A DNA stretch of 64,000 nt, taken from NCBI RefSeq assembly GCF_041956535.1, contig NW_027192193.1:636235-700234 (forward strand), read 5' to 3'. The position numbers and the translations under genes are program-made. The stretch is from Calcarisporiella thermophila CBS 279.70. Taxonomy: Eukaryota; Fungi; Calcarisporiellomycota. Below, one piece after another: positions 30,207 through 44,407 of this stretch (positions within the stretch are counted from its first letter, which is position 1; every line of letters begins with the position of its first letter). The notes under the pieces are model-generated. The model searched no databases. It was not told the origin of the DNA and saw nothing but the letters and a program-made list of their open reading frames with translations.

Positions 30207-32020
30207 TCAAACTTTCTTAGGGTTAGTCAAGACATACTGCATCATCTCCAATACTCCAGCCAAAGTTTCATTGCCCGAAGGAATGATTTGTGCGGGGGGC
30301 AGGATAAAGCCGTAACGACCTTTATCACGAAGTTCAATGGTATAGGCGTACGGCACTTTGGGCACTTGAAGGATATAGTAAATTAGAAATGAGATCTTGA
30401 ATTAAGATATTCCTTTAATTTTTCTTGAAGATATCTTACCCGCCGTGGCCCAATCGACAGTGTCACCAGTAGTCGGGTAGCTAGTTCTACAACTCTGACC
30501 AGCCGTGTAGGATGTCCCAAATGTTCTCACTGCATCAACAAATTTCTTAGCTGCTGCAGAAAGGCTAGGAGTGTTCGGAGGATCCTAGAGGTAAACCAAA
30601 AATTAGAATTTATAAATGTAGATAATTAAAATACCAAGACATACCAGATCACATGTGTATCCCCATGGCCAATATACTATATAAATGCATCAATGCCCAT
30701 AATAACTTAAGTGAAAATAGAAAAGAACATATAAAAATAGAAATCCCCTACCTTCTTGACTGTAGGAGTGAAAATCGATATAAATATCAGGTTTTTGAGC
30801 TGTGATAAGGTTCGCCATGCCTTTTGATTCGGGAGCAGAAAAGGCAGATGGGCCGTGATAATCTATAATATTAGAGAAGCGGCTCTTATTTACGATACTG
30901 AGTTTAGCTGTAAAACTCGAAGTTCCGTCTTACCTTCGTCACATGGATTGTTTGACGAACCCGTACCTCCCCAATTCGGACCATTCTATAATATTAGATT
31001 ATCAGAAGATTGATATGAAATTATAAAAAAAGATTCTGTTCTTACAAAATTACGATTGTTATCTGTGCCTACACAGCTTGAACCTCGATTTGGCTGTCTA
31101 TTTTTTCTCCACTGATAAAGGTGAGAAAGTGAAAGAGCAAGATTAGTGCCTGATCAAATATACAACAAGATTTTTCGTACCATACGATCACGTAAGGTAT
31201 ATGCATATCCATCTGGATTCAAAAGAGGGATGATGTGGATATCATAATTATCAACAAGAGAAGTAATCTTTTGGTCTTTGCCGTATAACCCTACAAGGGC
31301 ATTCATGATGTACGTGGTAGTAGCCTAAATACACAGGGTTACAAAGATTCGGTCAAAGTCAAACCTAATTGAACTTACTGGAGAGATCCATTCTCTGGCA
31401 TGTATTCCACCGTTAAAGACAAACTTTTTCTTGGGGTTTTTACCCTTGATTCTCAGACCAAACAAATCTCGTCCTTCATACGACTTGCCGGTGCTTATAA
31501 TTTCAGTATTACTAGGATAATCATCGTGCAATTTGCGCACGAAAGCTAAGAGCTCTTCGTAAGTGTGATACTTTCGGAAAAAGTCAAGATTTGGTGGTTG
31601 AGAATCAGCAACCACCTGGATGTGCATTTCCTCCTCTTTATTCGATTCGGTTATGGCTTGTTGTAAGTCAGGTATTTTCACTTGAATGGGCGACTTAATA
31701 GTCTTTTTAACAGCCTCTCTGAGTTCAGGTGGAATACGGATGTCCACTTGACCCAACTTAAGTGCTGTCCACGCATCGATACGGTTTTTCTAAATCAATA
31801 TTTAATATGCTGCTACAATAGTCGCTTTCATATAGCTTACCTTGACAAAATCGGCCAGCTGATTTAACTCTTCCTTACTTCTAACTTGTACAGTGATAAC
31901 TTGGTGGCCTTTATATGTTATAGTTTTACTTGAAGGACTGCTTGTGTCCTGCACCTCCTGAGCTGCTACAACTGCCGTAAAACAGGCAGCTGCAATGATA
32001 AGAGCCCGATATAACTGCAT
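30207..32020 (-). CDS. Secreted zinc carboxypeptidase, M14A (signal peptide, propeptide, catalytic domain)
   Basis: Signal peptide [19 protein letters not shown]; [35 protein letters not shown]. Confidence 0.92.
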
Positions 32021-33708
32021 ATTTTCTTGAGAACGAAGAATAGGATATGGCTAGTTTTCGACGCAATCGAAATCAGATGAGTATTTATATTCCAATACTT
32101 CTACAATTTTACAAATTATTACGGAAGACTATGTTAATGCCCATAGAAGATTACTTAAGTCTATATAAAATAAATTATTACGGCGGAGTTTGCAATTAAC
32201 TCTCATATCAAATGCTTAACTGAATCGTGAAATCACTAATATAAATGACAAAAGCAATGTACTACGATTCAGTCTCTAATGCCCACACTTATTTATTAGA
32301 AATTATTTTGTGAACTTATTGATGTTCATTGTTCACAATTTTTATTAAGGTAGATATAACCCATTTAACATACAGATTTAACATTAATTAGAACACACGC
32401 AATTGCGACCCCTAAATCATGCTTTACAAATAAAGTATTGAAGCTAAGGGCATGTGATTGGAATTACACAAAAAGAAAATTCAGCACGCCTCCCTATTTA
32501 ATTATATAATTTATATTCTGTATGGAATCATTTAATGGTTTGGGTCCACAAAAACGGCGATCTGCTGACGGACTCTCAGCATACTCTCCAGGAAACTTTT
32601 CTTCCTGGCCAAAACACATTTTAACATGAAGTATAATTTCATAGGTATTAAGACAAATATCTCTTGACAGAATCATTAGGTTCAATATTATATAGAGTAA
32701 AAGTTTGGCATCTAGAATAAAGAGCAAGTCAGAAAATTGGGTCTATTAATAAAGAAGAGTTGTTTCAATATTTTGGCATCTGCAGCCGTACGCCCACGCC
32801 CGTAATCATGCGCCAGAGTAGATATGTGGATATACTCGCATCGCATCATCCAACAAATGATGTATGAGAAAGTAAGATAGATATCTGGCTTTATTAAATA
32901 ATCTGGGGTCCGCTAATAAACTACGAATCTCAAGAGAGAAAGAAGAGAAATGGAAAACTCAAAGTAAATAATAAATCCATAAATATACCAATATTCTATT
33001 TTGCTAATTAATCTAATTCTTGCAAGCGCTGTGTATATGATATAAATTATTATATCCCACTCGAAATAATTAAACAGGAAATCAATGCTTGTGAGAATAT
33101 CGGCATAGTTTCTGAACGCTGATAAAGTTGTATTTGTTAGCTCTTCCTCTCTATTAAAGCGACGTATCCACTATTAGAAATCTATATTTGAAGGGGAATT
33201 CAAAGTTAAAGAATAAGCTTGGAGTATAAGTCTACCCAAATATATATATATGAGAGCACAGTTGCGCTTTAGTTGCCCAGAGAATAAGACATTGTGGATG
33301 CAATTGACTAGGATTTTTTTTAATGGTATTATGGTTTATAAAAAGTTACAGCAATTATCCGCGTGGTCATTCCGGCTTTACGAATTGCATGTCAAATTGC
33401 CAAAGTAAGGTGAATGGGTTAAATAGTTCCAAGAATAATCTTCTTGAAATTGAATAGGGTAATCAGGAGTTAAGTAACCGGTTAAAATATCGTCATTTTA
33501 ACTCGATATAGAAATTTAGAGCGCCAAAGAATTATTGTGAAATGATGACGGTTATATTTGGATTGATGGTGTATTACTTTATTATTGAGATTATTATTAA
33601 AAAAACAAACACAAAACACACAAGAAAATAATTCATGAAAACTATACTGCTAAAAGGAAAAGCAAAAGAGAATTGAACAGAAGCTACAACATAAACAAAA
33701 AGAAAGGG

Positions 33709-33756
33709 ATACATATATATATGTGCATATATATATGTATATGTATATATATATTT
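33709..33756. repeat. Imperfect (AT)n / ATGT microsatellite
   Basis: atacatatatatatgtgcatatatatatgtatatgtatatatatattt. Confidence 0.7.
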
Positions 33757-33770
33757 GTGAGCGAATTTTT

Positions 33771-35347
33771 TTAATACAAAGAATCGTGAATTTCAACGCT
33801 CTGCCCCCAGTGTGGCTCCAGATCACTTCCCATGCTAGGCACAAATCCCACTTCCATCATTGGTGGGGAAAAAGCTTGACTAAGAAAACCGTTTGTTTCG
33901 ACTGAGGAAGCTGTTGAATTAGCGCTAGCTACGGGGCTTGGGTGCCATCCTGGTGATATCTGCACGGTCAATGATTTCTCGTTAGCGAGAGTAGGGGATA
34001 AAATATCCCCCGATTCACCGTCAAAATGTGGAGCGGATCCCGTGTACTGATGTTGGCTACCATTAAATTGCTCGATATCGGAGGTGGGAAATGTATTCCA
34101 TTCGGTTATGTCAGCCGGAGTGGATATAGGTATTCCAGGTTGAAAAACGTGTCCCAAAGAAAACGAGAAAAACGGGTCTAATCCGGCGGTTTCAACTGGG
34201 GATTCTGGTGGACCAGGCTGGGCATTTATAGCAGATGCCTCCGACTGGGATTCACAGCGGTTATGATGGACGGATGGAGGTGGGGGTGGCGGTGGCAGTG
34301 AATGCGAAATATCAGTGTCAGTTTCAGTAGTAGAACTTCGACGACGTTGCTGAAAAATCTTGGGTAAGTTTATCTGAATTTAAAATGGAGATATAATTTT
34401 GACGAATTACCTGCTCTTGATACACTTTAATCTCCTCCTCATATTTTCCTTTCTCTTCTCGAAATTTGATTTTGTATGGCTAGGAGAACGAATAACATGG
34501 TCAACTATAGCCTACTATTGACCGTATTCATTAAATTACCTCTTTCTCTTGCTCTGTCATGCTGTTCCAACGAACTGCAAGTAATTTAACGCGCTCCGTA
34601 AGACTAATATTGTTATCTTCACCCATCAGCTCATTAGCTCTGCGCAATGTTAATATAAAAACCATTATTATATACAAGAAAAATTCGATAAGTAACAAGC
34701 AAAGTATACCGTTCCGATTGAAGAAAATGCATGAAAGCATTGCGTGGGCGCTTTGGCCCATTTCTCACTTTGTTCTTTTTATCGCTCGCGTCTTTGGACT
34801 TTTTTCGTCCCTCACGATCAATACGCGACTTTTTTGGGCGTTGTGGCGCGAGAGGAAGAGCGTCTACGCTCAAGCGTCTCTTGTTCCGTTGGGAAATAGT
34901 TGCGTCCACTTCTGAATCGGCCACAGTGAACATATCATTTAGTGATGAGGAGAGATCAGCATGTTCAGTAGAAAAGGTTGTGTGCCAAGTCGGAAGACTG
35001 TGACGTCGTCGCAGTTGAGCAGCAGACTGTGCAGCCGCCGCTGCTGCGGCTGCAGAAGAGGAAGAGGTATGTTCCGTGTCCCAGTGATGAGGAGGGTGGG
35101 GATGAATAGAAAGTGAGAGGGACGCCGGTGGAGGGAAAAATGATGACTCATCCGCTGCAGCAGTAGAAAAGGCCATTGATAACGGGTCAAACGCCAGCCC
35201 ATGGTGTTGAGGCGGAGGGGGAGGAGGTGGAGGAGGGAAATTATTAAGCTGTGCACCAGAGTCCAAGTAGAAGCCGAAGGAAGAGAGGTCGTTAGTAGCG
35301 TTGTGGTTGGCAGCGGGGTGGGTATCTGGTGAATCAGATTGGAACAT
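33771..35347 (-). CDS. Single HMG-box transcription factor with low-complexity flanks
   Basis: GPKRPRNAFMHF...ERVKLLAVRWNSMTEQEKEPYKIKFREEKGKY assembled across introns; poly-P, poly-A and poly-S tracts. Confidence 0.85.
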
Positions 35348-35718
35348 GCTGATGACGGGTATTCCCCTCCTATAGGTTTTTGAAGCTATATCTTTTTATC
35401 CCTTCCTCTTCAGAGAAATAGAAGTGAAAAAAAAATAGAATAAAATAAAATAAAATAAAATGAGAAAGACTAAAAGCGCCCCATTCAAGAAACCTATTGT
35501 TGGACGAAAAGTTTTTTTATTAAGGGGTAAAAAGAAGGTGATAGGAGGAGGAAGGTGGAACCCAATTACAGGTAGAAACTCTATCAAACCTAACCTAATT
35601 AAGCCACTTTTAGGTTTCAATTATACGTGTTCATTTTATGGATTTTCATTAATCTAGAAAAAGCGTTAAGCTAGTCGATTCTATAACCTTTGTCCAAACA
35701 TTTTAAATCACATATACA

Positions 35719-37500
35719 ATGTCAGACGACGATTTCATGCTTGAAGAAGAAAACGAGGATGAGGACTACGATTTTGATTATGAGGATGATGATCAAGAGG
35801 AACCGGATATAGATCTTGAAAACAAATACTATAACGCCAAAGGTGATCTATTATACTTATAATATTTTTTCTGATTGAAGTAATTCAGACTATTTCCCTC
35901 ATAATAGCAAAGAAAGAGGAGGACCCATACGAAGCTATTGCAGAATTTCAAGGAGTCGTTGACTCAGAGCAAGAAAAGGGCGACTGGTAAATATAGATTT
36001 TCAGATCGCCTTTTAATATTGATATTTAATTTAATATTGCCAATACTTTATCAGGGGATTTAAAGCTTTAAAGCAGATGGTGAAGCTATCCTTTTCTATA
36101 CATGATTATAATTCGGTACAACGATCCCTTTTAATTATTTCCAGTTTAAGTACTTACATTCTCTATTGTTTAGGCATTGCTCTATTACAAGCAATTGTTG
36201 ACTTATATTAAATCTGCCGTGACGCGTAATTACAGCGAAAAGAGCATTAACAATATCCTCGATTACATTGCTTCCTCACAAGATATGTCATTTCTTGAAG
36301 AATTTTATTCCACAACCTTAAGCACAATGCAAGATGCAAAAAATGAGGTGAATAGCTAATGAATATACTTTAACTTTTCTTTTTGTATTAATAACGTGTT
36401 GACTTCATAAAATATCTAGCGATTATGGATCAAGACAAATCTTAAATTAGCAAAGCTCTGGCTTGATCGTAAAGAGTTTACGCGCTTGGGCAAAGTGATT
36501 AATATCCCCATCGTAAATATTTGAGACGATTTTTCTTACCTTTTCTATCATTAATTAGATTTTACGTCAGCTCCATGCAGCCTGCCAGAAGGAAGATGGG
36601 TCTGATGATCAACGCAAAGGAACGCATCTTTTAGAGATATTTGCACTGGAAATCCAAATGTATACTGAGACGAAAAACAACAAGAAGTTAAAAGAGCTCT
36701 ACCAACAGTGCTTGCACGTAAAGTCTGCCATTCCCCATCCACGTATTATGGGGGTGATTCGTGAATGCGGCGGTAAAATGCATATGTACGAGAAAGAATG
36801 GGAAAAGGCACAGACTGATTTCTTCGAGTCATTCAAGAACTACGATGAGGCTGGCAGCCCACAACGAATCCAAGTGCTCAAATATCTGGTGCTCGCGAGT
36901 ATGCTTACTGAGTCGCAAATCAACCCTTTTGACTCGCAGGAAACAAAACCATATAAGACAGACCCACAGATTGTCTCGATGACTAATCTTGTAAGCGCAT
37001 ATCAGCGTAAGGAAATCAGTGAGTTCGAAAAGATTCTGCGCGAAAATCATGCAACTATAATGGACGATGGGTTTATTCGTCAGCATATTGATGATGTACT
37101 CAAGACGATTCGTACTCAAGTGCTTGTAAAGTTAATCAAACCCTACTCTCGAATTGAGATACCCTTTATCTCGCGGCAGCTCAATATTCCAGAAGTTGAA
37201 GTTGAGGACCTCTTGATAGGTCTCATTCTGGATAATAAGATTTCCGGCCGAATAGATCAGGTAGAACTACGATAATAGCTTTTTTATTTTGATATCATTC
37301 TCATAGTGCCAATTTTCCTTAGGTCAATCAGCGACTTGAGCTGGATAGAGGGTAGGGTCAATTTTTTTTTTCGTATACCTCGTTTTAACCTTGTTTAATG
37401 AAATTATAGATCAGCAGGGGGACTTCGATACTCAGCAATGGACAAGTGGACTCGTAACTTGTCTAATCTTTCAAAAAACTGTATCAATAGAGTGGGCTAA
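35719..37500 (+). CDS. CSN2: COP9 signalosome subunit 2
   Basis: [54 protein letters not shown] domain. Confidence 0.96.
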
Positions 37501-37838
37501 TCCCGCTTGCTTTTGAATATTTGTGTTTTCCCCTCGGCTATTTTCATATATTTAGGCATTTATTAAAGAAAACCTAGTAAAGGGACAAATGATGGAAATA
37601 GAGAATGGATTTAGCTAGAATGGTTTGCTCTGTCTCACTAACATTTCAAAATTACTTATCATTCGCACAGACTTTTGACTTTGAAATCAAACCCAGATTT
37701 TTTCTACCACCGTTGTTCTCCCGTGCTTTTGTACCTTCTCCGCTTCAATTCGATTTATCACAAGCAGTTTAAATAATTCTGAAGTGAAAGGTATCTCGAC
37801 ATCATCTACGAGTGGATCGTATAAAATCTTTCACGGCA

Positions 37839-40800
37839 ATGGCAGGGCTGTTCTCCAAAAAGAAAAAGGAGAACTCGCAGAACCAAGCCCAAGCTCAGAA
37901 TCAAACTCAGGTGCAGAATCAACAGCCCCAACCTCCGGCTAATGCCTATCCATGGTCCACATCTCAACTTCCAAAATCAGGCCAATCGTTTCTCCCTCGC
38001 TCATTTCACGCCAGCTGTGCAGTAAGCCAAGGATCCAATGAGGTGTTCATATTTGGAGGCTATGTGAAGAATGAGCTAAAGAAGGATTTGTTCGTTTATG
38101 ATGCTTGTAGTGTATTTTCTATAAATTAATTCTATCAAGTTTAATTAACCTTTTTTTATGCATAGTGTCCAACTTCACTCAACCTATTTCTACATCTGGC
38201 GATGTTCCATCACCACGAGCGCAACACACTGCTGTTACTATTGGCAATTACCTTGTCATTTTCGGAGGAGAGACAAAAAAGAACCAATCTGGATTAGATG
38301 ACAATATATATTTGATGAATAAGGGTTCGTATTATAATGTATATAATGGTTTTAATTATAACTAATATTGCGCTTTAGGTACAAGAGAATGGACAAGAAT
38401 TACTTGTCACGGCTCTGTTCCCGTCGGCAGGTTTGGTCATTCGGCTACCAGTATAGGGCCAGCTATGTTTGTATTTGGAGGAATTTCGGATGGCTATTAT
38501 TTGAATGACCTGGTCTCGTTCGACCTTCGAACACGTAAATATAATGCTTTATATCTCTCAGAATATTTTTTCTTACACATACGATGGTCTAGTTAATTCT
38601 CCCTTTCCTAAATGGGATTTTCATGTTGCAAGTAACGCTGGTCCCTCTGGGCGTATGGGACATGTCGCTTGTGCATTTCAAGACAAGTTATACATGTAAT
38701 TTTTATTTCTGCATCTATTATCCTCCAGTTCAATAGTCTAATATTCTCTCTTTATTGTAATACAATAGTTTTGGGGGAACAGACGGGAAAGTCACATTTA
38801 ACGACTTATGGTGTTATGACTTCAGCCAAAGTACCTGGCACCAAATTGCTGCTATAGGTTATATCCCCTCACCTCGATCTGGAGCATGCGCTGCAATGGT
38901 GGGAGATGTAATGTATGTGTTTGGCGGTCGCAATCAGGAAGGAAAAGAATTGGCAGACTTGTGTGCTTTTAAATTCAGGAGTAATTTATTCTGAAAACTT
39001 CCATATAATTTGAACATCTCCCTAATCCTTTATAATACTTTAAAAGATCGACGCTGGTATAGATTCACGAATATGGGGCCCGCTCCCACTTCGCGTGTTG
39101 GTCATTCTATTGCACTTTTAAATGAGAAAATTCTCATTCTGGGTGGAGAATTTGCTTCTCAGCCCAAAACTGATGATCAACAAATTATCTACATACTTGA
39201 CACTATGAAAATTAAATATCCAGCTGATTCGCGCCCTACAACTCCAACTGCCCACATGCAGCAATCCCCGCCACGCAGCTCGACTCCGAGGGTCGATGCC
39301 CAAATGAATGGACCAAGCAGCAACGTTAGATATACTATGAATCCTGAATTGGACCGAGCTCAAATCGCCAGGCAAAGTGCTTATTCAACTCAAGGTCCTC
39401 CACAACGATCTCCTACTATGCCTCAATTTTCCACGGATCAAAATGCTGATGGGATAGATCGTAGGAGGCCAGTCAAACATCAATCAATGGTTGCAGATGT
39501 CTTACAGCGCTCTCGTCCTCAATCGCCGTACGAGGGTAAACCTCCTACTCCTGTATCACCTACTACGTTTGATCAAGAAGTTTATCGACGAATGCCGAGA
39601 TCTGGCTCACCTCTTGCACATGGCAATCCAGATGCACCTGGTAACAACCAAGGGAGAGGCACGTCTTATTATGGAGATGGTTTGTATATTATATTGTGTA
39701 CCTTCTTCTCTCTTATTAACTAGTATACTTTTCTTTTCAGCTCGACCTCAGGTTCAAAACCAACGTCTAGGTAATTTTGGACAGCCTCCGCCTAGGCCTT
39801 CTCGCGATGGTATCGATATTAGTGATTTGATTGGTGCAAGTAAAGGGAGATCTGATGGTACTACAAGTCCGTCCCCGAAGTACCCACTTAATACTACACC
39901 CTCTTCTCCCACATATCCAACTCCATCATCAACTCCAACTGGTGCCGATAGCTTTTACACTATTACCCAAGATCCAAATGCCACTAGGCTGCCTTTGATG
40001 CAGTCGCCTGAACCCATGTCAAATATAGAGCAGACTTCTTTTTCCAGCAATCGATCCTATTCTGAAGAGGTCGATGTTACAAATCCTCAGACTACACAAG
40101 TAATACGCCCTCTCATTCCTAGCGATCCAAATTCTTCAGTGCCTTCAGACAACTTGCAGCAAAACTCTCAAGATTCCACTATTCCATCACCGACGAGTAA
40201 TGTAGAAGAGCAATCTACTGGGACTTTACAATCTCGTCAAAAAGAGGGACGTGAGCGTGAACTTCTTCGGGAAATTCAACAGCGAGACCAGATTATCAGC
40301 GAAATGAAAAAGAAGGAGCAGTGGTGGCGGACCGAAATAGCACTTGCCCGGAAAATTCGAGCGATTAATCCCAATGATGACGATGAAGACAGGAGATATT
40401 CATTCTTAAATGGAGAATCCCTCCCTGATGTTGGAGATAAAGAATCAGATCGGTTTAGAATATTTGATTCATTGGTTAAAGTGAAAACTGAATTAAAACG
40501 AGCAAAGGTAGTTATCGTTTGAAAGTTCTTATCGATTGGAATTTACTAACAGGTTTATTATCATATAGGCATCAATTGCTACGCAAGCTCAATCTGCATC
40601 TAAAAAAATCGCTGAGGCTGAGAAAATGAGGTCCATTGCACTTCAAGAAGCTGCTTATTATAAATCGAGATTAAAAGCACTTAAATCACGCGATACAACC
40701 TCTATGGAAGAGCTGGCACAACTTGAGTCGAGTCGTGCGCAAGAGCTTGAAGAAAAGTTGATAATTTGCCTTCGAGAAAATGAAGGACTGAATGCTCGAA

Positions 40801-42962
40801 TCGACAGTCTAAATAAGGCGCTTAAGCATGAACAATTTGCCCGTCAGGTCACAGAAGAAAGGGCAAGGGAGGCTTCGGAAAGGGCTGAAGAAGCGCATAA
40901 ATCTCATTCTCGTGGTCTAGATGAACTGGCTACTACGCATTCTCGTGTTGCAACTGCAGAATCTAAAGTGCGAGAGCTCACTGCTCAGCTAGCCGAATTG
41001 GTCGCCGATTCCTCGAAATATCAATCGGAGAATTCAAATTTGCAGGAGGAGTTGAATCTGTTACAGCAACGGCTCGAGCAGTATCCGAGCACAATTGAAA
41101 AAGCAAATGCTGCCCTTCGAGCTGCTATTGGCCGTGCAGAGGAGGCAGAATCTTTGTGGACTTCGGCACGGAAAGAATTAGAGTCGCTAGAATCCGAGGC
41201 TGCGAATCTTCGTTCTGAACTCAGCTCAACACGGCACGAGTTGGAATCTACGAAGTGCGAACTGAATCGGACACAACGGAACGCAGAGCGTGCCGGAGAA
41301 CATTCTGCGGAGATGGAGCGATTGTGGAAACGAGCCAAGGAAGAAGTGGAAGCACTGCGTGAAATGATGCCAGTTAACGGAGTCGAAGGTTTGATTATTG
41401 GCAAATCCCAAAACAGATCCCCTTCGACAGAGGATGTTGGCCAGGACTCGGAATCCATCAACATTAAACAGCAAACAGCTCGCATTTCTGAGTTGGAGGA
41501 AAAGCTAAATATGCTATTGGCCATGCAGCGGGAATCACAACAAACAATTGATCAAGTATCTTCACAGCTTTCCGAAGCAAATATGAAGAACTCCCGATTA
41601 GAACACGCTAGTATCAAGGCTAAGGCTGAGTCTGCTAGTCTTTTGGAAAAACTTGCGGATATGGCTAATGAACTCTCTCGTATGAAAACAATATTGGCTG
41701 AGAAAGAGACCGCCCTCATCGATAAGACTCGTGAGATGGAGGAGGTGCAGATCTATGTCGGTATGATGCGAGAAGCAATGATCCAGAAAGGTTTTCGTTT
41801 AGATACTATCAATCCTGAGATGGTGAAATCAGGAACCGAAGTTTTAAGTTTACGCGTTAAAGAGCTCGAGGCCCAGATTACTGAGATGGAGCAGAACCAA
41901 CAGGAAGTGGCAGAGAAGCATGAGAATGCGCTGTGTGACTTAAGAAAATCTCTTGAGGAGTCGCAGCAGAGTCGTGATGAATATAAGGTTCGGGCCGAAG
42001 CAGTTATGAATCGACTTCTAGCTCTTGAAAAGCATGCAGAAGAGCTTGCACATGCCGCTCGGGACACTCCTGTACTTGAAGCACAATTGCGTGCGGCAGA
42101 AGAACGTGCAACGCAAGCGGAGCAGGATCTTGCCGATGCTAGTCGCACGTTTGAAGATAAAATGCAGCAACTTGAATCTGATTACCAGACCGCTGTACAT
42201 TATGTGAAGGGTACTGAATCAATGCTGCGTCGTCTTAAAGCTGAACTCCAAGAAAAGCAAGAAAAGATAGATGAACTTTCCGGTGAAACTATTCGTTTAC
42301 AACCGCGAAAGAACGACGAAAACTCTTCCGATATTCCAGCGGGCTGGTATGAAGAGAAGGCTGAACTGGAAAAGCGAATTCGAGATTTGCAGACCCGTCT
42401 TAATGAAATCAATATTAACGAGAACATGGCGGCAGGCCCGCTCCAAGAACAGTTCAAGAGACTTCAAGAAGATAAATCCGTCCTTGAAACTGAGAATGAG
42501 AATCTCCGGGCTCGCCATACGGATCTCTCGCGTAAGGCAAGCAATCGTATTAAAGCGCTCGAAGAGGAAGTGGTACAACTCCGGCAAGCGAAAGATAAAG
42601 TTATATTAAACCCTCAAAGTTCTCACCGAGAGTTTGGAGATAACAGTCCAGAAAAAAATGACCAATTGGTGCTTGAGCGGTACGAACAGGCAATTCGGCA
42701 ACTTGAACAAGAAAAGCGAGAGCTCCAAGAGCGGTATCGAGATTCCGAAAATAAGATCTCTCTTCTCCTTGACCAACTTGATCACCAGCACCAAGTAGCA
42801 TCCCCCCATGTCTCATCAACTGACCTGATGTCCTCTATTAACCACTTTTCTGCCAATCGCGAATCGCATCAAGACGATCCTCGTGCGGTTGACGTGCTTC
42901 AAAATGAAATTGAAATATTACAATCGCAGTGGCAGCATGGAGAAAATCAACGATACTTTTAA
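37839..42962 (+). CDS. Kelch-repeat plus long coiled-coil polarity protein (Tea1/Kel1-like)
   Basis: YPWS start, about six kelch repeats (IFGG, PSPRAQH), disordered linker, ALQEAAYYK and LESDYQTAVHYVKGTESML coiled-coil motifs. Confidence 0.85.
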
Positions 42963-43154
42963 CTTATTAGCTATCAGGATATCTATATCTTTTATTTTTT
43001 GTGATTTAAATTATTGTCATTTAAGAGGAACTATTATTTATATATATTTATTATTAAGCTGAATGAATCTAATATATTTAAATTAAAAATAAACTTGTGC
43101 TTTTAAATAGATATCATCAAATTAATCAACACACAACGGTTCTTTATTTCCTTT

Positions 43155-44081
43155 TCAATAGCTCTCACTACTCTTGGAGAAATAGTCGATGGCTTCTATA
43201 TAACTCGAAAGTCCTCCAACGTCGATGCGACCGCTTATTGGTATAGCAAATAAAGAGTGCTTATCGACAACCCAAGAAATAAATTTGCCGGTGGCATCCA
43301 CCTCCTCAAGCGAGGCGTTTTGGGACCTCTTTTCCTCCAAAAAGCGAAACACCAACGTGGTAGCAAAGGGAGTAAATAAGTAGAAGCATGGACACGCACT
43401 CCGAGAAGAGGTCAGCTTAGGACCTGGTTTCTCCAAGAATCTTGTTACTTTTCGAGATTTGGGCTCATACTCCATGATACCAAACTTATATGTTTCAGCA
43501 TCCGACACCTTGTATTCGGTCACCAGAGATCCATTTTGCTCCCTCGACATTAAGAAAAACTGATCCAGCTTGAAATCTCTGAGAAAAAGAGTATCTCCGC
43601 CAATCACCAATATATGGTCTTCTTCCAAGGAGAAATGTTTGATTCCGAAAGCAATATCTGCAACAGCGCCAAGGCGCGTTTCGTTCGAATTCGTGCCATC
43701 ATTGCCTATATTGGCTTCAGGCACACCATGTAGCTTCGCCCATTCTACGAATTGTTGATAAAATACATCATTCGAAACTATGAATATATTGCGTTCAGGT
43801 ATCCCACACTCCTTTAATAACCCAAGCCAGATGCTAATGAGAGCATCTTCGTTAGCAATCGGAAGTAATGCCTTAGGACGCCCTAAGAGATGCTTAAAAT
43901 TCCCCGAAGCATCATTGATGATATCCTTTTGCAATCGCGTACCATATCCTCCTCCAAGGATGAGAACTATATAATTTAAAGATATATTGTTAATCTGGAA
44001 TACATTCGTTATAGAATTGCAATATAGGAAGTCACATCATTGAACAAATTATTTACCTTTAATACTAGGTGAATTAGTCAT
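43155..44081 (-). CDS. Sugar-phosphate nucleotidyltransferase (NTP_transferase family)
   Basis: VLILGGGYGTRL, RPKALLP, IGGDTLF, FLEKP, RIDVG; short first exon MTNSPSIK. Confidence 0.85.
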
Positions 44082-44407
44082 TGAATCTAATATAATTAAT
44101 TTATTTATCTCAGCTGCTCTTCAGACCTAAGCTCCCTAAAATGTAAAAGCACCGTATTTGTTACACCCTCTTTGTAATAAAATTATTCATGAATAACCTA
44201 TATTCTCTCGTTTACAAAAATTAAGGTATAGTATATGTGTAGAAAAAAACGGCATAGACTTATAAATATACAATGATGAATGAGGTATAATAATATTTAA
44301 AGCATTGGAAATATCTATATGAATCAATAAAACAAAGCAAAGATCAAAAATCGCAAATTCGATTTAAAGGCAAAAATAGCAAAGGGTATCCCACGGGAAA
44401 CAGTTGA

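Noticed and set aside
33771-35347. HMG gene as a Mucorales sexM/sexP mating locus
   Set aside because: The usual flanking genes (triose-phosphate transporter, RNA helicase, glutathione reductase) are absent; the neighbours are a carboxypeptidase and CSN2.
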